Source: Pseudoalteromonas tetraodonis | Lineage (GTDB): Bacteria; Pseudomonadota; Gammaproteobacteria; Enterobacterales; Alteromonadaceae | Length of the DNA: 32,000 nt | NCBI RefSeq assembly: GCF_002310835.1 | Contig: NZ_CP011041.1 | Span: 2,760,001 to 2,792,000, forward strand | Reading direction: 5' to 3' | In this document: piece by piece, positions 25,198 to 32,000 of the stretch | Position numbering within the stretch: the first letter of the stretch is position 1 | Layout of the letters: the number at the start of each line of letters is the position of its first letter | The notes under the pieces: generated by a model | What the model saw: the letters and a program-made list of their open reading frames with translations, nothing else | Told to the model about the DNA's origin: nothing | The model's database searches: none | Translations under genes and position numbers: made by a program

Positions 25198-26919
25198 TTA
25201 GCCCACTTTTTCAAGCTCTCTTACAATCAGTTGTAAGCTAAATTTACCTCTAAATTCATTTATATCGAGCTGGTACGCTACTTTAACAAACTGCGCCTCG
25301 GTATCTGGCCACGCTTTTACATCAATGCCAAAAGCTATGGCGTCAACTAAACGTGCAGATTGGTGTTTAAGGACTAACTTTAGGTGTTTTTCACCCACAA
25401 TGCGCTGCTGTATCACTTCAAAGGTGTGTTCAAATATCGGCTCAGGAAATTGCTGCCCCCACGGGCCTGATTGTTTTAAAAGCTGGGCAAAATCCATGCT
25501 AAAGCAGTCGTTAGGTAGTTCACCATCAGTAAATACAATGCAGCGTTTACTTTCTTCACTGAGTTGCGCGCTGACCGCACTATCAAACGCACGTTTAAAC
25601 TCAGTAAATTGCTGCTCGTTAATACTTAACCCTGCCGCCATTGCGTGGCCGCCAAATTTATTAATTAAACCAGGCTGCGCGGTGTTTAATCCCTCAAGTA
25701 AGTCGCGCATATGCAAGCCTTCAATTGAGCGACATGAGCCTTTTATTTCACCATTTTCACCACCGGCAAATATCACCGTTGGGCGGTGGTACTTTTCTTT
25801 TAAGCGCCCGGCTAAAATACCAATTACGCCTTGGTGCCAATCGTCTTGGTACAAACAAATAGCATCGGGCACACTGTCTTCTTTAAAGGCGAGCCTATCG
25901 AGCACCGCTTGCGCTTCTACTTGCATGCCTTGCTCTATTTCACGTCTGGCAAAGTTTAAACTATCAAGCTCGCCAGCTATGCGCCTTGCTTGATTTATGT
26001 CGTTGCTAAGTAAACACGCTATGCCTAGACTCATGTCGTCTAAGCGCCCTGCTGCATTTAAGCGTGGTGCAAGCGAAAAACCGAAGTCACTGGCGCTCAA
26101 GCGCGCGGCATTGCGATTAGCCACTTCAATCAGTGCGGTAATACCCGGGCGAGTTTTACCACTGCGAATACGTGCCAAGCCTTGGTGCACTAAGGTGCGG
26201 TTATTCGCATCAAGGGCTACCACATCGGCCACCGTACCTAACGCTACAATATCCAGCAAATCAGCAATATTTGGCATAGGATGCTGCTCAAAATAACCTT
26301 GTTCACGCAGTGCACTTCTCAGGGCAATGAGTAAATAAAATGCCACCCCAACACCGGCTATCGACTTAGAGGGAAAATCACAATCGTGGCGGTTAGGGTT
26401 AACAATAGCATCGGCGTTAGGCAGTTGTTCACCCTGCAAGTGGTGATCTGTTACCAGCACTTTAATGCCTGCGGCTTTAACAATATCAATGCCTGCGATA
26501 CACGATATGCCATTATCGACGGTGATCACTAAATCGGGCTGCATCGTCACTATTTGCTCAGCCAATGCTGGGCTTAAGCCGTATCCTAAACTAAAGCGGT
26601 CTGGTACTAAGTAATCTAAGTGGGTAAAGCCAAACATGGCCAGCCCTTGCATTAAGGTGGCGGTGCTGGTTGCGCCATCGGCGTCAAAGTCGCCCACAAT
26701 AAGTATTTTGCTTTGTGCGTGTAGGGCTTCAATTAACAGTTGGCTGGCTTTGTCTATATCTTTAAAAAGTTTGAAGTCGTGGAGTGTAGCTGCGCTATTG
26801 TTTAGCTCATCGGCATGGGACACATTTCGCGTGGCATAAATTTGCTTAATAACAGGGTGAAGATGGCTCGGCAGATGAGAGTCGTCAACGGGTTCTCGCG
26901 CAATGATCATTTTTTTCAT
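25198..26919 (-). CDS. recJ: Single-stranded-DNA-specific 5'-3' exonuclease RecJ
   Basis: 573 aa. DHH family motifs are present (VGDFDADGATS, VTDHH) along with the DHHA1 GGHAMAAG. Synteny is recJ-dsbC-xerD. Confidence 0.95.
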   Translation of the reverse strand: MKKMIIAREPVDDSHLPSHLHPVIKQIYATRNVSHADELNNSAATLHDFKLFKDIDKASQLLIEALHAQSKILIVGDFDADGATSTATLMQGLAMFGFTHLDYLVPDRFSLGYGLSPALAEQIVTMQPDLVITVDNGISCIAGIDIVKAAGIKVLVTDHHLQGEQLPNADAIVNPNRHDCDFPSKSIAGVGVAFYLLIALRSALREQGYFEQHPMPNIADLLDIVALGTVADVVALDANNRTLVHQGLARIRSGKTRPGITALIEVANRNAARLSASDFGFSLAPRLNAAGRLDDMSLGIACLLSNDINQARRIAGELDSLNFARREIEQGMQVEAQAVLDRLAFKEDSVPDAICLYQDDWHQGVIGILAGRLKEKYHRPTVIFAGGENGEIKGSCRSIEGLHMRDLLEGLNTAQPGLINKFGGHAMAAGLSINEQQFTEFKRAFDSAVSAQLSEESKRCIVFTDGELPNDCFSMDFAQLLKQSGPWGQQFPEPIFEHTFEVIQQRIVGEKHLKLVLKHQSARLVDAIAFGIDVKAWPDTEAQFVKVAYQLDINEFRGKFSLQLIVRELEKVG

Positions 26920-26954
26920 GCTAGTTTTTAACTTATGATGTTCATGATATAAGA

Positions 26955-26980
26955 CAAAAAAAGGCCATTAAGGCCTTTTT
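26955..26980. terminator. Bidirectional-looking terminator between dsbC and recJ
   Basis: aaaaaaAGGCC-attaa-GGCCTtttt, 23 nt after the dsbC stop. Confidence 0.6.
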
Positions 26981-27002
26981 AAACACATACTCGCGGTATT
27001 GC

Positions 27003-27731
27003 TTAGCCCGCTTTGTTAGCCTCAAGCGCTGCGCTTAATGCCGCAGCAGGCTGATAACCTGGGATCATCGTGCCATCTTCTAAAATAATAGCCGGTGTAC
27101 CGCTAATACCAAAACTCTGGCCTAACTGATAATGCTCAGCAACAGGTGCGCTACAGCCTTTAACAATTTGGGTATCTGCACCTGATTTAGCTTCAGTTAA
27201 TGCTTCTTGCTGATCTTTCGCACACCATACATTCATTAAATCAGCGTAACCAGATCCTTGCAGACCGCCACGCGGAAACGCTAAATACTTAACGGTAATA
27301 CCCGCATCAAGTAAGTCATCTAGTTCACGGTGTAATTTACGACAGTAACCACAGCTAATATCGGTAAATACAGTAATGCTGTGCTTCTCTTCAGGTGCTT
27401 TGTAAACAATCATTGAGTCTTCGTATTCTTTTAACCCTGATTGGCGCACACCATTAAGTGCTTGCTCGGTTAAGTTACTACGGTTGTTTAAATCGATTAG
27501 CGTACCTTGCATTAAAAATTGACCGTCAGGACTTGCATACAGCACACCTTTATTGGTGATCAATTCTTTTAAGCCTGCAACTGGGCTTGGATTAATTTGT
27601 TTAACGGTCACCCCTAGCGCGGCAAATTTTGTCACGATAGGATCTGTAGCATCCGGAGTGACTGCAACGCTATTAGCAAAAGCGCTCAAACTAGTGCACA
27701 ACATGGCACCTGCTAACATTAATTTTTTCAT
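27003..27731 (-). CDS. dsbC: Periplasmic thiol:disulfide interchange protein DsbC
   Basis: 242 aa with a signal peptide, a CGYC active site (FTDISCGYCRKLH) and a second Cys pair (WCAKD...GC). Confidence 0.92.
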   Translation of the reverse strand: MKKLMLAGAMLCTSLSAFANSVAVTPDATDPIVTKFAALGVTVKQINPSPVAGLKELITNKGVLYASPDGQFLMQGTLIDLNNRSNLTEQALNGVRQSGLKEYEDSMIVYKAPEEKHSITVFTDISCGYCRKLHRELDDLLDAGITVKYLAFPRGGLQGSGYADLMNVWCAKDQQEALTEAKSGADTQIVKGCSAPVAEHYQLGQSFGISGTPAIILEDGTMIPGYQPAAALSAALEANKAG

Positions 27732-27803
27732 AACGGGTTCTCTATCCTAAAAATACTTATATTATCGTGTCTATATGACCGGCTTAGTGACAAAAAAATT
27801 CGC

Positions 27804-28730
27804 TTAAGCACGAGGGTGATGCTCAGCATGCACCGATTTTAATCGCTCATTCGCTACATGCGTATAAATTTGGGTAGTTGATAGGTCGCTGTGGCCAAGC
27901 ATCATCTGCACCACACGCAAGTCAGCCCCATGATTTAATAAATGCGTTGCAAATGCATGTCGCAAGGTATGGGGTGATAGCGGCGACTCAACGGATGCCA
28001 AAATAGCATAGTGTTTAATCCGATGCCAAAAAGTTTGTCGTGTCATACCCACCCCTCGCTTTGAGGGAAACACAAAATCGGTGGCGTGTTTTATCATTTG
28101 TGCGCGCCCGAGCTTTAAAAACTGCTCGAGCCAATACATAGCTTCTTCACCTAAAGGCACTAGCCGCTCTTTGTTTCCCTTACCTTTTACAAACACCACA
28201 GCTTGGCGCAAATTTATTTGCTCCATTCTAAGCCCCACCAGCTCGGTTACCCGCAGGCCTGTTGCATACAGTAACTCCAGCATGGCTTTATCGCGCAGCC
28301 CCATTGGCTCTTCAATGTTGGGCGCACTTAATAGCGCTTCTACTTCGGCCTCAGATAGCGTTTTTGGTAACGACTGCCCTGCCTTTGGCTGAGCAATATT
28401 GACCATAGGTGAGTCGCTAATTATTTTTTCACGCACAAAGTACTGATAAAAACGTTTTAATGCACTAATACTTCGCGCAGTGCTGCGTGGTTTTAGCCCT
28501 AAATCAACGCGGTGTGCTAGGTAACTTTCAACATCTAGACTGGTTACCGTCATTAAGCTTTCGCCTTTTAAAAATTGGCAAAACTTATCTAAGTCACTGC
28601 GATAAGCGCTCAGTGTATTTTCACTTACGCCTTGCTCTAAATAGAGGCTATCTAAAAAGGTTTCTAAAAAGTCGCTATTGCTGCTTAGCTCAGTATTTTG
28701 TTCAAGTAAATCGTCAGATAGCGTTGTCAC
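27804..28730 (-). CDS. xerD: Site-specific tyrosine recombinase XerD
   Basis: 308 aa. Catalytic R...HxxR...Y residues are present (TGLRVTELV, LRHAFATHLLNHGADLRVVQMMLGHSDLSTTQIYTHV). The conserved xerD-dsbC-recJ and divergent fldB context matches E. coli. Confidence 0.93.
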   Translation of the reverse strand: MTTLSDDLLEQNTELSSNSDFLETFLDSLYLEQGVSENTLSAYRSDLDKFCQFLKGESLMTVTSLDVESYLAHRVDLGLKPRSTARSISALKRFYQYFVREKIISDSPMVNIAQPKAGQSLPKTLSEAEVEALLSAPNIEEPMGLRDKAMLELLYATGLRVTELVGLRMEQINLRQAVVFVKGKGNKERLVPLGEEAMYWLEQFLKLGRAQMIKHATDFVFPSKRGVGMTRQTFWHRIKHYAILASVESPLSPHTLRHAFATHLLNHGADLRVVQMMLGHSDLSTTQIYTHVANERLKSVHAEHHPRA

Positions 28731-28835
28731 GTTGTGATCTCATATTGGTAATACCACGGGAGAAGGTATCAATTAAAAATACCTTACGGTAAACTTGAGC
28801 CTATCATAACAGGCAATTACACAGTGATAAATACG

Positions 28836-29357
28836 ATGCAGATTGGTTTATTTTTTGGTTCTACTACCTGCTATACCGAAATGGCGGCAGAAAAAATACG
28901 CGATATTATTGGCGCCGACATTGTCAGCTTACATAATATTAAAGACGAGCCGCTTAAAAACGCTGAGCAATATGACTTTATCATTTTTGGTATTTCTACG
29001 TGGGACTTTGGCGAAATTCAAGAAGATTGGGAATCAAAGTGGGACGACATAAAAGACGTTGACCTAAATGGTAAAACTATAGCCTTATTTGGCATGGGCG
29101 ATCAGCAAGGGTATGGCCAGTGGTTTCAAGACGCATTAGGCATGCTTCACGACGAAATAAATGCCCAAGCCATTACTCAATTAGGCTTTTGGCCGAACGA
29201 CAGTAATTACGAATTTGAAGCATCAAAAGCACTTACCGAAGACGGTAAACAGTTTGTAGGTTTAGCATTAGACGAAGATAGTCAGTACGAGCTAAGCGAC
29301 GAGCGTATTGCCACGTGGGTAGAACAAGTGATGACAGAGTACGCTGAAACCCTATAA
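28836..29357 (+). CDS. fldB: Long-chain flavodoxin
   Basis: 173 aa counted from the ATG at 28836 ([15 protein letters not shown]...). It has an FMN-binding loop and Wxx[10 protein letters not shown] long-chain insert features, and is divergent from xerD as E. coli fldB is. The ORF-track GTG at 28824 is an alternative start. Confidence 0.85.
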   Translation: MQIGLFFGSTTCYTEMAAEKIRDIIGADIVSLHNIKDEPLKNAEQYDFIIFGISTWDFGEIQEDWESKWDDIKDVDLNGKTIALFGMGDQQGYGQWFQDALGMLHDEINAQAITQLGFWPNDSNYEFEASKALTEDGKQFVGLALDEDSQYELSDERIATWVEQVMTEYAETL

Positions 29358-29370
29358 CTCACTATTGCAA

Positions 29371-29396
29371 AGAGCGCTGCCATGCAGCGCTTTTTA
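29371..29396 (+). terminator. Rho-independent terminator of fldB
   Basis: AGCGCTG(C)-cat-(G)CAGCGCT followed by ttttt, 14 nt after the fldB stop. Confidence 0.7.
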
Positions 29397-29404
29397 ATTC
29401 TTAA

Positions 29405-29863
29405 CTATTCTACTTTTAACCAGTATTGGTTACGGTAAAAAAAGCCCACATAACCGCGCACTTCTAGTTTTTCGCCATTTTGCTGCGGTGTTAAACGCAC
29501 GCTGTAGGTTTTACCATTATTTGGGTCGAGTATTTCACCGTCTTCCCAACTACCGTCACCCGCATAGGTCACATCTTCAATAATGGTCATCCCCAACATA
29601 GGCTGATTCTTTTTATCACCATCACACTCGGTGCAAAGTGCATCTTGCTTGGCTTTATTGAGTATTTTTTCAATTTTTCCAGTCAGCACGCCATCTTGCT
29701 CAGTAATGCGCACGTACGACTTAGCCTCGTTAGTCTCTTCGTTAATAGTTTTCCAAAGCCCAACCGGTGTGGGGTTAGCAAAAACCTCAGAGGTGTTAAA
29801 TAAGCTGCCCGCTAAAAGGGCTAGTAATAGTATTTTTTTTGTTTTTTTAGTTAATAAATTCAT
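29405..29863 (-). CDS. DUF2147 domain-containing secreted protein
   Basis: 152 aa with a signal peptide. The pattern GLWKT...G.L.GKI..I...C..C.G..K..P..GM.I...W..G.I.DP.NGK.Y...L.VRGY.G...R.Q.W is typical of DUF2147. Confidence 0.6.
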   Translation of the reverse strand: MNLLTKKTKKILLLALLAGSLFNTSEVFANPTPVGLWKTINEETNEAKSYVRITEQDGVLTGKIEKILNKAKQDALCTECDGDKKNQPMLGMTIIEDVTYAGDGSWEDGEILDPNNGKTYSVRLTPQQNGEKLEVRGYVGFFYRNQYWLKVE

Positions 29864-29957
29864 CAGATTACTTTAAACATGAGTCAATAATGGCGCCATA
29901 CTAACAATCCTTTATAAAACACTCTACGTAAAAATGCTTTAGGCATACAGCGTGGTA

Positions 29958-30656
29958 TTACATATTTAAATAAAACGCCTTGCACAGTGCAATGTAGTCT
30001 TGACTGTAAGCATTACTTAACTCCCTTATGCATAGGGTGCTTTTACTTACTTCGCCATCATCATAACTAAAAGTCATCAAACTGCGGCTAAAGGGCTTAT
30101 TTGGCATAGCTTGTACTTGGCAGTGACGATTTAAATACAGCCCTTGCTGCTGTGCTAATGTTATAAATAACTGCGCCTCAGTAGTGGGTAAAATAAGATT
30201 AAAACGCGAATGTTGATGACTTAGTTGCCTAAACGCACCAAGCAGTTCTGCAAAGCTTAAACCATCGGTATGGCGAGCGGTATTTCGCGCTGCATTATCA
30301 CCTTTTAAACTGTGATTAAAATAAGGCGGATTAGCTATAACACAATCAAATAAACCTGCAGCCTCAAACTGCTGAATAGGCTGATGGTAAATACTAATAT
30401 CCGGCCAAGGGCTTTGCTGGCAATTTTGTAAAGCCTGTTGGTAGGCGGCTTCATCAACTTCAACCGCGCTCACCTTTAAATGTGGCGCTCGTTGCTTACA
30501 CATTAGAGCCAGTAACCCTGTACCTGTTCCTATATCAAGTAACGTATTTGCGTGGCTTAAATCAGCCCATGCGCCCAGTAAAATACCATCGGTAGAGACC
30601 TTCATGGCGCACTGGTCGTGCTCAACCTTAAATTGTTTAAATGCAAAACCAGACAT
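29958..30656 (-). CDS. yfiC: tRNA1(Val) (adenine37-N6)-methyltransferase (TrmN6/YfiC)
   Basis: 232 aa. It has the SAM motif LDIGTGTGLLALM and the N6-adenine MTase motif NPPYF, and is divergent from srmB as in E. coli. Confidence 0.85.
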   Translation of the reverse strand: MSGFAFKQFKVEHDQCAMKVSTDGILLGAWADLSHANTLLDIGTGTGLLALMCKQRAPHLKVSAVEVDEAAYQQALQNCQQSPWPDISIYHQPIQQFEAAGLFDCVIANPPYFNHSLKGDNAARNTARHTDGLSFAELLGAFRQLSHQHSRFNLILPTTEAQLFITLAQQQGLYLNRHCQVQAMPNKPFSRSLMTFSYDDGEVSKSTLCIRELSNAYSQDYIALCKAFYLNM

Positions 30657-30732
30657 TTTTTCACCTTTTCATTCACCAAGCAGGTTTAAGTGCGTATAAT
30701 TAACGGCAATTGTCCCCTATTTTTGACACTCT

Positions 30733-31959
30733 ATGCAATTTTCTGAATTTGATCTTGATGATAAGCTACTCAATGCTATTAATAAAATGGGCTATGAAAC
30801 CCCCACTAGCATTCAACAACAAGCCATTCCTGAGGCGTTGCAAGGACGCGATATTTTAGCGTCGGCACCAACAGGTACGGGTAAAACGGCGGCATTTTTA
30901 ATTCCGGCAATTCAATATTTAATGGATTTCCCACGTCGTGATCCGGGTTTTGCACGGGTATTAATTATGACCCCAACGCGCGAGCTTGCTTATCAAATTC
31001 ATGAACAATGTGAGTTACTTGCAAAACAAACCCAGTTAAAAATTGGGGTGGTTACCGGCGGTATAAACTACGGTACACACAAAGAAATTTTTGAAAATAA
31101 TAATGACATTTTAATCGCCACACCTGGGCGTTTAATGGAATATTTAGAAACCGAAAACTTCCATGCAGAAAACGTAGAAATGCTCATTCTTGATGAAGCC
31201 GACCGCATGCTCGACATGGGTTTTCGTAAAGAAATGCTGCGCATTTGTGATGAAGCTAAAAACCGTCGTCAGTGCTTTTTATTCTCAGCTACTCTTGAAG
31301 GTGACAGCGTAGAATTATTTGCAGAGCGTATTTTAAACGATCCCGCGCTACTTGAAGCCGAATCATCACGCAAAGAAAAAGCTAAAATTCATCAATGGGT
31401 TCATTTAGCCGACGACTACCGCCATAAACTAGAGCTATTAGTTAACACCTTAAATGGCCCTGATGTAAGTAAAGCGATTGTGTTTGTAAAAACCCGTGAG
31501 CGCCTTGAAACCCTAATTGGTGAGCTTACTAATAACGGCGTAAAAGCTGCGTGGTTACGTGGTGAAATGCCACAAGACAAACGCATGAAAGCCATGGAAA
31601 ACTTCCACAGTGGCAAAACCCGTATTTTAGTCGCTACCGATGTAGCGGCCCGCGGTATTGATGTAGCTGATATAAGCCACGTAATTAATTTTGATATGCC
31701 TCGCACTGCAGATGTATACGTACACCGTATTGGCCGTACAGGTCGCGCAGGTAAAAAAGGTATTGCAATTTCACTCATTGAAGCGCACGACATTGGCATA
31801 CTTTACAAAGTAGAACGTTACATAGAGCAAAAGCTAAAACGCCGTGTATTTAAAGGATTAGAGCCAAAGCATAAAGAAGCCAAGCCACCGGTTAAAAAGC
31901 GTAAAGATCCAGTAAAAATGAAAGCAAAGAAAAAAGCCAAAGCTAAAAAGAAAAAATAG
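30733..31959 (+). CDS. srmB: ATP-dependent DEAD-box RNA helicase SrmB
   Basis: 408 aa. Q motif, AxTGTGKT, DEAD, SAT and HRIGRTGR motifs are present, with a Lys-rich C-terminal tail. Pairing with yfiC supports srmB. Confidence 0.88.
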   Translation: MQFSEFDLDDKLLNAINKMGYETPTSIQQQAIPEALQGRDILASAPTGTGKTAAFLIPAIQYLMDFPRRDPGFARVLIMTPTRELAYQIHEQCELLAKQTQLKIGVVTGGINYGTHKEIFENNNDILIATPGRLMEYLETENFHAENVEMLILDEADRMLDMGFRKEMLRICDEAKNRRQCFLFSATLEGDSVELFAERILNDPALLEAESSRKEKAKIHQWVHLADDYRHKLELLVNTLNGPDVSKAIVFVKTRERLETLIGELTNNGVKAAWLRGEMPQDKRMKAMENFHSGKTRILVATDVAARGIDVADISHVINFDMPRTADVYVHRIGRTGRAGKKGIAISLIEAHDIGILYKVERYIEQKLKRRVFKGLEPKHKEAKPPVKKRKDPVKMKAKKKAKAKKKK

Positions 31960-31984
31960 CTTTAGCTTTAACACATTTAATTGA

Positions 31985-32000
31985 GCCGACGTTTGTCGGC
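31985..32000 (+). terminator. Probable srmB terminator stem (truncated by the window end)
   Basis: GCCGAC-gttt-GTCGGC lies 25 nt after the srmB stop. The T-run would fall beyond the window. Confidence 0.4.

Noticed and set aside
25325-26296. Long antisense ORFs inside recJ (222 aa and 99 aa), with similar shadow ORFs inside GH3 (15189-16467), lysS (22545-22968), prfB (24577-24942), xerD (28081-28792), namZ (10515-11183) and srmB (31416-31799)
   Set aside because: Each lies entirely within, and antisense or out of frame to, a strongly supported conserved gene. Their compositions are low-complexity and biased (Ser/Cys/Arg-rich). They are typical shadow ORFs.
27804-28730. xerD as a marker of a mobile element or integrase for the tRNA-Arg-linked module
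   Set aside because: It sits in the conserved fldB-xerD-dsbC-recJ-prfB-lysS core synteny and has full XerD-type catalytic motifs. It is the chromosomal dimer-resolution recombinase, not an island integrase.

Overview
This looks like a chromosomal segment from a low-GC marine gammaproteobacterium. Gene content and synteny look Alteromonadales/Pseudoalteromonas-like, but that is inference only.

**Layout**
- **21.2-32 kb, conserved housekeeping synteny.** It holds a serV-argV-type tRNA operon (tRNA-Ser-GCT plus three tRNA-Arg-ACG). This is followed by lysS, prfB (canonical +1 frameshift), recJ, dsbC, xerD, fldB, a DUF2147 gene, yfiC/trmN6 and srmB.
- **12.1-20.2 kb, a minus-strand beta-glucan utilisation module.** It comprises a TonB-dependent receptor, a GH16, an ExoP-like GH3, and a translationally coupled LytS-type kinase / LytTR regulator pair.
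- **6.8-11.2 kb, a predicted peptidoglycan-sugar salvage operon.** It encodes NamZ/DUF1343, an AmiE-like beta-lactamase-fold lipoprotein and an NhaC-family transporter.
- **0-6.7 kb.** This stretch carries an orphan SBP-like gene, a YcaD-like MFS transporter, a lipoprotein, a TonB / ECF sigma / anti-sigma set, and a very AT-rich orphan gene with an HNH-like 4-Cys N-terminus.

**Signals worth a second look**
1. A perfect 76-copy heptanucleotide microsatellite (AGCGGTC)n of 534 bp lies immediately upstream of the namZ operon.
2. A family of ~205-227 bp noncoding R-units is fused to decayed tRNA-Arg fragments. They occur as direct repeats on both sides of the beta-glucan/two-component module, next to the tRNA-Arg array.
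3. Three or four decayed tRNA-Arg copies each keep their own terminator and share a T-arm insertion.
4. The low-GC HNH-like orphan gene.

I found no CRISPR array, transposase, integrase (other than core xerD) or recognisable multi-gene defence system.
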